A stretch of DNA of 248,000 nt. It comes from Hyalangium minutum. Lineage in GTDB: Bacteria > Myxococcota > Myxococcia > Myxococcales > Myxococcaceae. The translations under genes and the position numbers were made by a program. Positions 106,682 to 120,472 of this stretch are shown piece after piece. Position 1 is the stretch's first letter. Each line of letters opens with the position of its first letter. Location of the stretch: contig NZ_JMCB01000003.1 of NCBI RefSeq assembly GCF_000737315.1, positions 20,001 to 268,000 of the forward strand, read 5' to 3'. Under the pieces are notes generated by a model. It saw nothing but the letters and a program-made list of their open reading frames with translations. It had not been told where the DNA came from and ran no database searches.

Positions 106682-107385
106682 GAACCTCACGGTGGTGCGG
106701 TGTCCTCGCGGGCGCGCTGCTCGCGCTCACGGTCCAAGCGGCTTCCGGGCAGCCGCTCGAGCCCGTGGGAGATCTGCCCCTCGTCGAAGTGCCCGCGGCC
106801 ACGCCTTCATCCGACAGCTTCGCGCTCCTTCTCACGGGGGATGGAGGCTGGGCGCCTCTCGACAAGCACCTCGCAGCGGCGCTCAACACCCAGGGCATGT
106901 CCGTGGTGGGCTGGGACTCGCTGCGCTACTTCTGGAAGCGGCGGTCGCCCGAGGACACGGCGCGGGACGTGGGCCGGGCGATGGCGCACTACCTGACGGC
107001 GTGGGGGGCGCGGCGCGTGGTGCTCGTGGGTTACTCGCGCGGAGCGGATGTCCTCCCCGCCATCGTGGCCCGGCTCCCCTCGGAGCTGCGTGAGAAGGTG
107101 CGGCTGGTGGCGCTGGTGGCCCCCGGCCACAGCGCCGAGTTCGAGGTCCACGTCCTGGATCTGCTCGGCGGTGGAGGCGGGGACTACCCAGTGCTCCCCG
107201 AGGTGAAGGCACTCGGGGGGATGCCCGTGCTGTGCCTCTATGGAGACGAAGAGCTCAAGGAGAGCCTCTGTCCCAAGCTGTCCGAAGTGACGGGAGTCCA
107301 GGCGCTGAGGCTTCACGGAGGGCACCACTTTGACGGGAACTACACGCGTGTGGCCCGCGCCATCATCGACGCCTTGGGGCAGTGA
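106678..107385 (+). CDS. acvB: AcvB/VirJ-family lysyl-PG hydrolase
   Basis: TGDGGW, SLRYFW, GYSRGAD, GGHHF. Confidence 0.85.
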   Translation: MRTSRWCGVLAGALLALTVQAASGQPLEPVGDLPLVEVPAATPSSDSFALLLTGDGGWAPLDKHLAAALNTQGMSVVGWDSLRYFWKRRSPEDTARDVGRAMAHYLTAWGARRVVLVGYSRGADVLPAIVARLPSELREKVRLVALVAPGHSAEFEVHVLDLLGGGGGDYPVLPEVKALGGMPVLCLYGDEELKESLCPKLSEVTGVQALRLHGGHHFDGNYTRVARAIIDALGQ

Positions 107386-107386
107386 G

Positions 107387-110260
107387 TCAGAAGGATCTCG
107401 ACAGGCCCAGGCGGACCTCGCGGCCGTACTGAGGCACGCTGGGGCGCTGGTAATCGGGGCTGATGGGCGTCAGCGCCCGCTCGTCGAGCAGGTTGTACAC
107501 GCCGCCGTAGTAGCGGAGCTGCCAGGGCTGGAACTGACCGGACATCACCAGGTTCATGTACAGCGACTGGGGAATGCGCCGCCCGCTGAAGTCGTAGCGG
107601 GCGCCGGTGAACACCAGCTCCGCGCCCGCAACCAGTCCCTGTTTCAGGATGGGGAGGCCGAAGCGCGCGGAGATGGCGTGCTCGGCCGAGTTCACCAGTT
107701 GCTGCTCGGTGGTCTCCTCATTTCCTTCCTCTCGAATCACCTGTCCGGGCTCATCGAGGCGGGTCTGCAGATAGCCGGAGAGGCTCACGAGCTGTCCCGT
107801 GCCCGGGGCGTAGCGCAGCTCGAACTCCGTGCCTCCCAAGCCGAAAGGCCCCGAGGCCGAGTACCGGTAGGGCGGCGTCGAGCCGGGCATGGTACGGACG
107901 ATGTCTCCGTAGGAGTTGAGGAACGCGCCGACGATGATGCTCGTCTCATCGCTCACGGTGTGCGTGTGCTCGAGCGCCAGGCTGAAGTGGCTCTCCGAGT
108001 TCAGCTCCGTGGGCCTGATCCGGTCGAAGGGCCGGAAATCGTACCGGAGCTCGCGCTCGCTGGGGCCTCGCCCGGTGACGCCCGAGGTGAACTTGAGGCT
108101 GCCGCCCTCGTAGGGCTTGCTGACGATGGCCAGCACCGGTGCCAGCTTGAAGACCTGATCGAACGCCCCGCGGGCCCGGAGGCTCTCGCGCACGGGGTTG
108201 ATGCGTGAGCCGAAGTGGAGGAGGAACCACGGCTTGGGCGCCCACTCGTAGCTGCCATAGAGCGTGAACTCGGTGCGCTGGCCAGGGTAGAGGTCCACCT
108301 TGGGGCCGTTGCCCGCTTGGAGTGTTCCGTCCAGGGACAACGACTGCTGGAGCGCTGTGCCCAGGATGATGCGGCTGGTGTTCGAGCGCGCCCACTCGAA
108401 CCGGACCTCTCCCGAGAGGCTCACCCCTTGGCCGGTCTCCGAGCCCTGAGACTCGGGGGCGGCGGTGGATGGCGTGCGCAACGAGTAGTCGCTCACGTCG
108501 AGCGCCACCCGCGACAGCAGGAAGCTGCCCCCGGGGTAGGTGCGGCTGTACTGCAGGGCCGCGAACCCCCGCAGATCCGTGGCCTGGACAGCCGAGGCTC
108601 CCGCCCAAAGGAAGCCGGTGGGGACCTGCTTGGTGCGGTGGATGAGCCCGGAGGTGAGCGCGAAATTCTTGTACCGCCCGAAGGCGAAGACGCGCTGAGA
108701 GGTCTCCAGGTCGGAGAGCAGCGTCTCCGTGGAAGGCAGGGGGAGCGGATCCCCGATCGAGCGCCCAGCTCCCGCCAGCACCACCAGCTCTCGCTCGCCG
108801 CTCTTGGTCGAGGCCATCGACTGGAAGTCCGCGCCGGGCAGGGTGTTGGCGCTCAGGCTGAAGCGCACGTGCACGCCGTCCTCGGGGCGCCGCGTCACCA
108901 CGTTGACGAGGCCGAGGAAGGCGGTGGTGCCGAAGACCATGCCCTCGCCGCGCACCACCTCGATGCGCTCCACCTGGGCCATGTCGATGCCCAGGTCCAT
109001 TCCGAGCGGGCCGTAGCCGCGGGCAATGTCGTTGAGAGGGTGCCCGTTGAGCAGCACGAGGATGCGTGCGTTGGCGTTCTCCGGCACGCCGAAGCCGCGC
109101 ATGCCCGCGGAGTCATAGAGCCGGTCGGTCCACACCTGGAGGCTGCGCACCGAGCGCAGGGCCTCGGCCACCGTGCGGTAGCCGAACAGGCGCAGCTCCT
109201 CGGCGGTGATGATGGTGGTGGATGCGGGCGCGTCCTCGAGGCGGATCTGCCGCTGGGTGGCACCGGCGACCTCCAGCCGCAGCGGCTTGAGCTTGGCCTC
109301 CACGGGGAGCAACTGCCGATCCTTCAGCTCCACCTCGGTGCGGAAGGGCTCGAGGCCCTCTTGGCGAACCTCCACCACGCGTCGTCCGGCATCGACGCCC
109401 TCGATGACGGCGGGGGTGAAGCCCACCTCCCGGTCATCCACCAGCACCACCGCGCCGTCGACGTTGGCCCGAACCACCAGGCTTCCGGTGAGCCGGGGCG
109501 CGGGGGGCTCGGGCACGAGCCGGAGCTCCACGGGGCGCGTCTGGTCCGCCACCACCTCGATATCCTCTAGGTCCGGGAGGAAGCCGGGCGCCACCACGCG
109601 CAGGAGCATGCGCCCGGGCCGCAGGTTCTTCACCTCTCCGGGGCCTGTCCGCAGCACCTCTCCGGTCTCCTCGAGCCGGATCTCGGCCTGCGGGGGCACG
109701 CCGCGGATGTCGAGCCCGCCCACGATGAGGGCCAGCTCGCCGGTGGCCAGCACCTCGCGCCCGCGTACCACCTCCACCTCGAGCTCGGCCGAGCGGTAGC
109801 CGTCGAGGTCCAGCAGGATGCGGTGGCGGCCAGGCTTGAGCGCCAGTGTCTTCGGGGTGGACCCGAGCGCCCCGAGATCTCGCCGGCCGACGAAGATGGA
109901 GGCACCAGGAGGGGTGGACTCCACGCGGACGAGGGCCAGCCTCGGGCGGAGGTAGGCGAGGGCCTGATCCACGTCCTTGCGCTCATCCTGGGGGAGGGGC
110001 TGCCGGGCGAGCTCGGAGTAGGCGCGGAAGGCCTCGTCGTAGAGCTGCAGCCGGCCCAGCGTGGAGGCGATGTTCAGCTGCACGTTCCGGTTGGGCACCA
110101 GCCGGTTGGACGCGTAGAACTCCTGAAGCGCGTCCTCGAAGCGGCCCTGGCGCTGGAAGGCGAGGCCCCGGCGGAAGTGGAACTCGGCCTCGTCCGCGAC
110201 ATCCGCACCCTGGGCCGCGCCAGCGATCAGCAGGAGGAGCAGGAGCAGCGCACGGCTCAT
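107387..110260 (-). CDS. TonB-dependent receptor with N-terminal TPR/PEGA domains
   Basis: PEGA repeats, plug APASTTII..ERIEVVRG, ends GLSRSF. Confidence 0.8.
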   Translation of the reverse strand: MSRALLLLLLLIAGAAQGADVADEAEFHFRRGLAFQRQGRFEDALQEFYASNRLVPNRNVQLNIASTLGRLQLYDEAFRAYSELARQPLPQDERKDVDQALAYLRPRLALVRVESTPPGASIFVGRRDLGALGSTPKTLALKPGRHRILLDLDGYRSAELEVEVVRGREVLATGELALIVGGLDIRGVPPQAEIRLEETGEVLRTGPGEVKNLRPGRMLLRVVAPGFLPDLEDIEVVADQTRPVELRLVPEPPAPRLTGSLVVRANVDGAVVLVDDREVGFTPAVIEGVDAGRRVVEVRQEGLEPFRTEVELKDRQLLPVEAKLKPLRLEVAGATQRQIRLEDAPASTTIITAEELRLFGYRTVAEALRSVRSLQVWTDRLYDSAGMRGFGVPENANARILVLLNGHPLNDIARGYGPLGMDLGIDMAQVERIEVVRGEGMVFGTTAFLGLVNVVTRRPEDGVHVRFSLSANTLPGADFQSMASTKSGERELVVLAGAGRSIGDPLPLPSTETLLSDLETSQRVFAFGRYKNFALTSGLIHRTKQVPTGFLWAGASAVQATDLRGFAALQYSRTYPGGSFLLSRVALDVSDYSLRTPSTAAPESQGSETGQGVSLSGEVRFEWARSNTSRIILGTALQQSLSLDGTLQAGNGPKVDLYPGQRTEFTLYGSYEWAPKPWFLLHFGSRINPVRESLRARGAFDQVFKLAPVLAIVSKPYEGGSLKFTSGVTGRGPSERELRYDFRPFDRIRPTELNSESHFSLALEHTHTVSDETSIIVGAFLNSYGDIVRTMPGSTPPYRYSASGPFGLGGTEFELRYAPGTGQLVSLSGYLQTRLDEPGQVIREEGNEETTEQQLVNSAEHAISARFGLPILKQGLVAGAELVFTGARYDFSGRRIPQSLYMNLVMSGQFQPWQLRYYGGVYNLLDERALTPISPDYQRPSVPQYGREVRLGLSRSF

Positions 110261-111978
110261 CGCTGGTCCATCGTCTTGCCGAAGGGGGTGCTGTTCGGGA
110301 GGGCGGCCTTGTTCAGCTTGACCTCCCGGGTGGCGCCCTCTTGCGGAACCAACTCGATGTCCTGGCTGGTGTAGCCCTTGAGGGAGAGGCTGAGCTTCAC
110401 CGGCTCGTTGGGAGTGAGCGCGAGCTTCATTGGCGTCTCCCCGAGGCTCTGGCCGTCTCGGCGCACGGTGGCACCCAGGGGCTTGCTGGTGACAGTGACG
110501 GTGACCTTCTTGAGGTTCAACGTGAACCTGAGCTCTGCGGACTCGCCCATCACGTGGGTGTGCTGGATCGACTCCAGGCCAGGGGCTTGGAGGGTGAGAG
110601 CGACGCGCGTGCCCGGCTGGATGGGAAGGGTGAGCGGCGTCTTGCCTTTGAAGTCGCCTCCCACGCGCACCTCGACCTCTGAGGGATGCGAGACGATCGT
110701 CAGCGTGGGGAGCTCCGCCGCCGCCGCCGGTGGGACGGGAGGCATGGGGACCGGCGGAGAGCCCGGGCGGGCCAGGAAGACAGCGCCGCCCGCGAGCATG
110801 AGAGCGAAGGCCCCGAAGAGCGCGAGTCGGCGCCCCTTGTGAGGGGCGTGCGGAGCGGTAGGAGACGGAGGGGCACTCGGCGCGGGCGCGTCGCTGGGAG
110901 GGAGCGCGCCGCGCTCGGGCGTCAGATAGGTGCGGGTGAGACCGGAAGGCTGAGGGGTCGCACCCGAGGGCGTGCGGACGAAGGTGCTATCGAGCCCCGT
111001 GTTGGGAGTGATCTCGGCACGCACCCGGGAGCGCTCTTTGTAATCGGGATAGGCGGAGCGCAGGAATGCCGCGAGGTGGGCCAGGGAGGAGGGCTGCTGG
111101 TTCTTGAGGAGCCAGTCCTCGAGGGCCAGGGCGAACTGGCTGGAGTTGGCGTAGCGGTCCTCGGGGCGGCGGGCGAGCGCGCGCATCACCACGGCATCCA
111201 GGTCCACCGTGCACGCAGGGTTCAGGGTGGAGGGCGGCGCGATGTTGGCCTCGCGGGCGGCCTTCAGCGTGCCAGGGTCCGAGTCGCGTTGCAGGGCCCG
111301 TTGGCCTGTGAGCAGCTCGTGGAGGACGAGGCCCAGGGAGAAGAGATCGCTGCGGGCATCGAGCGGCTCACCCTCGGCCTGCTCCGGCGACATATAGGCG
111401 AACTTGCCCTTGAGCTGGCCTGCGGCGGTGGTGTTGGCGGCGCGTCCTGCGGCCTTGGCGATGCCGAAGTCGATCAGCTTGACGGCGCCCTCGAAGCTCA
111501 CGAGGACATTGGAGGGCGAGACGTCGCGGTGGACGATGCCGAGCGGCTGGCCGCTGTCGTCGGTGAGCTCGTGGGCGTAGTGCAGGGCGGAGGCGGCATC
111601 CGCGATGATCCGGCAGGCGAGGGCAGGAGGGAGCCGGGCGCCGCGCTCGGCAAGGTGCTGCTGGAGCGAGCGGAGGTCGACGCCGGGCACATACTCCATG
111701 GCGAGGTAATGGGTCCCGGCGTGCTCGCCCAGCTCGAAGATCTGGCAGATGTGGGGGTGATTGAGCTGGGCGGCGATCCGAGCCTCGTCGAGGAACATGG
111801 TCATGAAGCCCTGGTCCCGGGACAGGTGGGCCAGGAGCATCTTGACGACGACGAGCTTCTGGAAGCCTTCGGCGCGGTTGCGAGCGAGGTAGAGCTGTCC
111901 CATGCCCCCGGTGGCGAGGGGCTGGAGCAGCTCGTAGTGGCCAAAAGGTTCGCCCATGAAGCGGGGGATTCTAAGCAT
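110257..111978 (-). CDS. Ser/Thr protein kinase with PEGA domains
   Basis: HRDVSPSN, DFGIA, GKFAYMSPE. Confidence 0.9.
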   Translation of the reverse strand: MLRIPRFMGEPFGHYELLQPLATGGMGQLYLARNRAEGFQKLVVVKMLLAHLSRDQGFMTMFLDEARIAAQLNHPHICQIFELGEHAGTHYLAMEYVPGVDLRSLQQHLAERGARLPPALACRIIADAASALHYAHELTDDSGQPLGIVHRDVSPSNVLVSFEGAVKLIDFGIAKAAGRAANTTAAGQLKGKFAYMSPEQAEGEPLDARSDLFSLGLVLHELLTGQRALQRDSDPGTLKAAREANIAPPSTLNPACTVDLDAVVMRALARRPEDRYANSSQFALALEDWLLKNQQPSSLAHLAAFLRSAYPDYKERSRVRAEITPNTGLDSTFVRTPSGATPQPSGLTRTYLTPERGALPPSDAPAPSAPPSPTAPHAPHKGRRLALFGAFALMLAGGAVFLARPGSPPVPMPPVPPAAAAELPTLTIVSHPSEVEVRVGGDFKGKTPLTLPIQPGTRVALTLQAPGLESIQHTHVMGESAELRFTLNLKKVTVTVTSKPLGATVRRDGQSLGETPMKLALTPNEPVKLSLSLKGYTSQDIELVPQEGATREVKLNKAALPNSTPFGKTMDQR

Positions 111979-112008
111979 TTCCGGGAATGGGACGCACCCT
112001 TCGACAGC

Positions 112009-113178
112009 TCAATGCGCGTTGGGCATGGTCTCGAACGGCCAAGGGCGTGCGGCGGCCGAGGGGCCTCTGCCACCCCCTGTGCGCTGGCCCAGCCAGAGAT
112101 CCGCGATCTGCTGGGCCAGCCGCCACGGTTCGCCGCCAGCACGGTTCGTCAGGACGATGACCGTGAGGTGCTGCGCGGGATACTTCACGATCGCGTTGGT
112201 GAAGCCCGAGGTCTCACCGTGGTGGGAGAGGCGCATACGGCCCTCGTCGTCATCGATGAACCACCCGAACCCGTAGCGCGCGGAGGAGCCATCCGGAAGC
112301 CGAGCGGGAGCCCAAGCGAGCTGCTGAGTGGTCTCAGGGATCAGCGCGTGCGTGTCCAAGGCCTTGTTCCAAGCCAGCAGCTCCACCACGGACGAGTAGA
112401 TCCCTCCATCGCCGAGAACGGCACTGGTGGGGCTCTGGTCCCGAGGACGGAAGCCCTGGGCTTCGGCGACGTAGCCGTAGGCGCGGTGAGGCACCGTCGA
112501 GATGCCCTCTTCGTGGGCGACAGTGGAGTGCATGCCGCTGGGAACGAAGACGCGGTCATGCAGGAAGGAGGCGAACGACATCCCGCTGACCTGCTCGACG
112601 ATGAGGGCGAGCACGGCGTACCCCGAATTGCTGTAGCGCACAGCGGTTCCGGGCGGGAAGTAGGTGTGGTCCACGCGGGAGAGGAGGGCGAGGACATCGC
112701 GATCCTTTACCTGCACGGTCTGGGTGCTGGGGACGAAGTCCTCATAGTCCCAGATTCCCGAGGTGTGATTGAGCAGATGTCGGACGCGGACCTCGCTCAA
112801 GTACGCGGGGAAGCCGGGGAGCACATCCACGACACGGTCGTCGTAGCGGAGCTTGCCCTGTTCGACGAGGAGCATGATCGCCATGGCGGTGAACTGCTTG
112901 GTGAGCGAGGCCAGGCGGTAGTGGGTCTCTGACGTGGTCGGTGTGCGCGACTCCAGCTTCGCCAGACCGTAGGTGCCGCGGAGGACCTCCTGCCCGTTCT
113001 GAATCACGATGAAACTGGCCCCGGGGCTGTCGGGCGAGGCATAGGCGCTGAAGATCGAGTCCACCTCGCGCCGCATGTCATCCTCGGGCGCGGTGGCACT
113101 GAAGGTGGATGCACAGCCAGCGAGCAGGGCACAGAGGGTGAGACTGGATACGGAGGTCGCGAGGGCAGGGGAGTGCAT
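112009..113178 (-). CDS. serine hydrolase (beta-lactamase class C/PBP family) lipoprotein
   Basis: SLTK, YSN, HHG. Confidence 0.85.
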   Translation of the reverse strand: MHSPALATSVSSLTLCALLAGCASTFSATAPEDDMRREVDSIFSAYASPDSPGASFIVIQNGQEVLRGTYGLAKLESRTPTTSETHYRLASLTKQFTAMAIMLLVEQGKLRYDDRVVDVLPGFPAYLSEVRVRHLLNHTSGIWDYEDFVPSTQTVQVKDRDVLALLSRVDHTYFPPGTAVRYSNSGYAVLALIVEQVSGMSFASFLHDRVFVPSGMHSTVAHEEGISTVPHRAYGYVAEAQGFRPRDQSPTSAVLGDGGIYSSVVELLAWNKALDTHALIPETTQQLAWAPARLPDGSSARYGFGWFIDDDEGRMRLSHHGETSGFTNAIVKYPAQHLTVIVLTNRAGGEPWRLAQQIADLWLGQRTGGGRGPSAAARPWPFETMPNAH

Positions 113179-113207
113179 GGGGGCGAAGGGCTACCAGCGG
113201 AGCCCGG

Positions 113208-114263
113208 TCAGGTCAGCAACTGGCCCACTTGTCCAGCCAGCTCCAGGTCAAAGGGATCGAACTCCAGCGAGCCCATGAGGACGGCCATCTTGGGGTCTCT
113301 CTGTCCGGTGGCGATCTGCAGGAAGTCGTCGTCCTTGCTGCGCACCGTCACCCGAGGCGTGCCGTTCAAGCCTTTCTTGACCCACTGCTTCTGCGCGCCG
113401 AGATCCACGGTCCACTGACCGCCATGGTTGCCACTGATATCCAGATGGACCACCGCCCCAATGCTTCGGGCGAGTTCTCGCTTCGTCTCGATGCGCCGGG
113501 GCAGTTCCCGCTCGATCAGCGTGCGCACGGTGAGCGGCGCCTCCGCTTTGGAGGGGGCTTTGTTCGCGGCCGCCTTCTTTGTGGCCACCTTCTTCGCGGC
113601 CGCCTTCTTGGCTGGGGCGGCTTTCCCTAGCGGCTTCTTCTCCACGCTCTTCTTCGTGGCAGCCTTCTTCGCGGACTTTCGTGGCGCGGCCTTGGGGGAT
113701 TCCTCCTCGTCTTCCGCAGGCTCTTCCGAGCCCTGGTCCGCCACGGCTTTGATCTTCTCCTCATTCTGCTTGCGGAACTTGTCGAAGGCGTCTCTGGAGA
113801 AGAGGGAGCTCCCCTCGTCCTTGGCCTTGCGGAACACTTTCTCCAGGTCTTCCTGAGAGGCGTTTGGGTTCTTGAAGTACTCCATGGCCACGCGGCCCAT
113901 GGCCCAGTTGGCGGCGAAGGCGGGGACCACCGTGAGCAGGGCTCCGATGATGGGCAACAAGGCCTTGATGCCTTGCCGCGCCAGGAAGCCGACGCCGGCG
114001 GTGGCGCCCAGCTCGAGGATGAGATCTTTGGCTGAGGCCTTGTCGACCTTCCGGCCATAGATGTGACCGATCGTCATCACCATGCCGGTCTGGATGGGCA
114101 GCATCAGCACTACATCCGAGAGCGGAATGGGCGAGATGGAGACCACCGCAGAGGCATAGGAGCACAGGTTGATGACATCTCGCGCAGCCTGGTCCCTCTG
114201 CGCCACGGATGCCTTGCTGAAGTCCCGCGTCCGGATGTCATCCAGCGTATCGAGCCACGACAT
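113208..114263 (-). CDS. DUF697/YcjF-like protein with C-terminal SCP2 sterol-binding domain
   Basis: SPIPLSDVVL..IQ.GM; G..GGQWTVDL. Confidence 0.65.
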   Translation of the reverse strand: MSWLDTLDDIRTRDFSKASVAQRDQAARDVINLCSYASAVVSISPIPLSDVVLMLPIQTGMVMTIGHIYGRKVDKASAKDLILELGATAGVGFLARQGIKALLPIIGALLTVVPAFAANWAMGRVAMEYFKNPNASQEDLEKVFRKAKDEGSSLFSRDAFDKFRKQNEEKIKAVADQGSEEPAEDEEESPKAAPRKSAKKAATKKSVEKKPLGKAAPAKKAAAKKVATKKAAANKAPSKAEAPLTVRTLIERELPRRIETKRELARSIGAVVHLDISGNHGGQWTVDLGAQKQWVKKGLNGTPRVTVRSKDDDFLQIATGQRDPKMAVLMGSLEFDPFDLELAGQVGQLLT

Positions 114264-114337
114264 GATTTCCCCCCTCCCGTGGGCCCAGCATACCCGCATC
114301 TCGTGCTCGGCAAGGGCCGCGCGCGGTCCAGTGGGGA

Positions 114338-115087
114338 TCAGTCCGTGTAGGCGAAGGCCTTCGGAGGTGTCCCAATCGGAGCCCGGAAGAGCAGGATCGC
114401 CGCGTGCCCGGAGAGGTTGCCCACGGCCAGGTAGATGTCCGGATCCCTGAGGGAGCCCAGCCCCAGCCGTGCCGGGGGCTTGCCGTACTTCTTCTCCATC
114501 TCCGCCATCGAGAGGACCTCGATGTCGTACAGATTCATCAGATCCGTGCGCTTCGTGCGCAGCTGCTTCACCCACGCGGCCACCAGCTCTTCCGGGGTGT
114601 TGTACCGCTTGTCCTCCAACTGGAACGGGTAGGTCAGCTCTCCCGCTGCCCGCCGAGCGTCCCCCGTGATCAGGTTCTCCAGGATGAACCGGGCCTCGGA
114701 CTTCACCTGCTCCCGTCTGTAGGTCTCCGCGTCATCCTTCTTCTCCGGGACTGGGGCTGCGGCAGCCGCCGGAGCAGGTGGGGCGGCCTGTGGCTTTGGC
114801 GCGGGAGCAGGCGCGGCCGTTGGAGCCGGTGCTGCGGCCGCCGGAGCAGGCTTCGGCGCAGGAGCAGGCGCCGCCGGAACTGGAGCGGTCGGCTGGGGCT
114901 CGGCCGGAGGTGGTTTGGCCTCAGACGGAGTCGGCTTCGCCTCCGCCGCAGGGGCAGGGGGAGGTGCCTTGGGCTCGGCTGCCTGAACGGCCGGCGGAGC
115001 CTGGGCCGGCTCGGCGGCTGGCTCGGGCGTCTGAGCGAGAGCAGGTGAGGTGAGGGTGACCATCAAGGCCAGGGTCCAGCGACGCAT
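114338..115087 (-). CDS. hypothetical exported protein
   Basis: signal peptide, Ala/Pro linker. Confidence 0.55.
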   Translation of the reverse strand: MRRWTLALMVTLTSPALAQTPEPAAEPAQAPPAVQAAEPKAPPPAPAAEAKPTPSEAKPPPAEPQPTAPVPAAPAPAPKPAPAAAAPAPTAAPAPAPKPQAAPPAPAAAAAPVPEKKDDAETYRREQVKSEARFILENLITGDARRAAGELTYPFQLEDKRYNTPEELVAAWVKQLRTKRTDLMNLYDIEVLSMAEMEKKYGKPPARLGLGSLRDPDIYLAVGNLSGHAAILLFRAPIGTPPKAFAYTD

Positions 115088-115218
115088 GACACCTCCAAGG
115101 GGCCCGGGGGTTTTACCAGAGCCTTGCCCGGTTGGCCCGGTTCCCTCCGGGGGCCTCCAACACCCCGCGTTATTCACCGCGTGCATGTCCGGCGCGAGGT
115201 TGCTATGGGGGCCCCCCG

Positions 115219-118458
<3,240 letters not shown>

Positions 118459-118476
118459 GACGAGGAGCCACTCCCA

Positions 118477-119421
118477 ATGGCACACTCGCGGGACATTCTC
118501 GGGAGGTGTGCCATGTCGATGTGCGCTCGCGCTGCGCTGCTCTTGGGGCTGATGCTGGCTGCAGCCTGCACCAGCGGCCCCCGGCCGGAGATGGTCCTGG
118601 CCTCGGGCCAGGGGGGACCTTTCGGGCTGACCTCGGATTCGACGTACCTCTACTGGACCAACAGCACCGGTGGGCAGGTGATGCGCATACCGAAGGAGGG
118701 CGGTCCCCCCGTGACGCTCGCCTCTGGCCAGTTCGAGCCTCATGCCATCATCAGCAGCGGGCCCCACATGTTCTGGGCCAATCGGGGTAACCAGACGATC
118801 ATGAGAAAGCTGCTGCCGGGCGGTGATCCTGTTGTGGTGGCCACCGGGCAGCCGGATCTGGAGGGGCTGACGCTGACGGAAGACTTCGTCTACTGGGCCA
118901 GCGGCTCCTCAGTGGTGAGGAAGGCGTCGCTCTCCGACGGGGTTGTCTCCGCGGTGACGGATGTGCCCAGTGGCCCCAAGGATCTCGCCATCAGCGGCAG
119001 CCCGCACATCTACTGGTCCAACGCCGATGGCTCCATCCGCCGCGCGCCGCTGGAGGGCGGGAGGGAAGAGATCGTCGCGAAAGCGGGGCAGAACGCCACC
119101 AGCCTCGCGCTCAATAGCACGCACGTGTACTGGACCACGTTCTTCGGCGCGATCCACCGCGCCCCCCGGGACGGGGGGACCGTGGAGACGCTCGCGGAGG
119201 GGGAAGACCATCCGCGCTCCATCGCGGTGGTGGACTCCTTCATCTATTGGGCGGCGGGCGGCGAGAAGGACGGGGCGATCCGGCGGATGCGCCACTTGGG
119301 CCTCGGCAAGCCGGAGACGTTTGCCGCGGAGCAGGGCGAACCGGCGGGAATCGTTATGGATTTGGAGAACATCTACTGGGTGAACCAGGCGAGCGGCACG
119401 GTGGTGCGTGCGCCCTTGTGA
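118477..119421 (+). CDS. beta-propeller repeat lipoprotein (DUF5050-like)
   Basis: repeated ..YW.. blades. Confidence 0.6.
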   Translation: MAHSRDILGRCAMSMCARAALLLGLMLAAACTSGPRPEMVLASGQGGPFGLTSDSTYLYWTNSTGGQVMRIPKEGGPPVTLASGQFEPHAIISSGPHMFWANRGNQTIMRKLLPGGDPVVVATGQPDLEGLTLTEDFVYWASGSSVVRKASLSDGVVSAVTDVPSGPKDLAISGSPHIYWSNADGSIRRAPLEGGREEIVAKAGQNATSLALNSTHVYWTTFFGAIHRAPRDGGTVETLAEGEDHPRSIAVVDSFIYWAAGGEKDGAIRRMRHLGLGKPETFAAEQGEPAGIVMDLENIYWVNQASGTVVRAPL

Positions 119422-119482
119422 GCCGGGCGCAACCTTGTCGGTGTCCTGGCGATAATTCCGCATATTCGCGGAGATTGAAAAA

Positions 119483-120460
119483 ATGACCCGGATCAACGGC
119501 TCGCCCACCCCCCTGCGCCTGCGCTCCACTGAGGACTCGGCTCTGCCGCCGGCCTCCAAGCCCGTGGCCACGGCAGCCCCCGCGAAGCTGACGGGCTTCT
119601 CGGGCGCCTCCGGGTTCACTGGCGGCTCCTCCAATCCCTGGGTGGATGGCCCGCACGGCCGGGCTCCGAGCGGCGCTCAGAAGCTGTCGCCCAACGATCT
119701 GGGCGTGATTCCGCAGGACCAGGGCAACACCAACGCGTGTGGCACCACGTCGCTGGCCAATGTGCTGACGCACTGGGGCCAGTCCACCACGCACGAGCAG
119801 ATCGACAAGGACATCCGCGCCTTCGACATGTTCTCGGCGCCGGACAAGATCGTCGACTACGCGAACTCGCACGGCATGCGCGCGGAGATGAAGGTCGACG
119901 CCAGCGTGGATGACATCGCGAAGATGGTCGACCAGGGCGTGCCGCCGATCGTCCTGATGGACCCGGACAGCGACAAGAACCTCAACCTGCACTACGTGAC
120001 GGTGTCCGGCTACAACCGCGACGCGAACGGGAAGATCACGGATCTGGTGATCTCCGACAGCGCGGGCGGCGACCGCTACACGATGCCGGTGGAGGAGTTC
120101 CAGAAGAAGTGGGACGACCTCAAGATGAAGGGCGTCGGCACGGGCCTCAACAACGTGATGATCTCCGTGGTGCCCAACGACGGCCGGAAGATCACCGGTG
120201 GCGACGGGGTGACGCGCAGCGCCTCCGACATCCAGCTGCCCAAGTCCAGCTTCTGGAGCAACCTGAAGTCCAGCGCGGCTCGCGGCGTGGCCAACCTGCT
120301 GGCGAACGTGACCAACGGCGCCAGCAAGGTCTGGGACGGCGTCAAGACGGTGGGCAACGCCATTGCCGATGGCGTCAAGGCCGCAGGCAACGCCATCGGT
120401 AACGCCGCGTCCGCGGTGGCCGATGGCGCCAAGAAGCTCTGGAAGTCGATCTTCGGGTAG
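119483..120460 (+). CDS. C39-like peptidase domain protein
   Basis: Q..TNACGTT, LHYV.V.GY, DSA; amphipathic C-terminal repeats. Confidence 0.6.
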   Translation: MTRINGSPTPLRLRSTEDSALPPASKPVATAAPAKLTGFSGASGFTGGSSNPWVDGPHGRAPSGAQKLSPNDLGVIPQDQGNTNACGTTSLANVLTHWGQSTTHEQIDKDIRAFDMFSAPDKIVDYANSHGMRAEMKVDASVDDIAKMVDQGVPPIVLMDPDSDKNLNLHYVTVSGYNRDANGKITDLVISDSAGGDRYTMPVEEFQKKWDDLKMKGVGTGLNNVMISVVPNDGRKITGGDGVTRSASDIQLPKSSFWSNLKSSAARGVANLLANVTNGASKVWDGVKTVGNAIADGVKAAGNAIGNAASAVADGAKKLWKSIFG

Positions 120461-120472
120461 CTGTGTTTGGCC

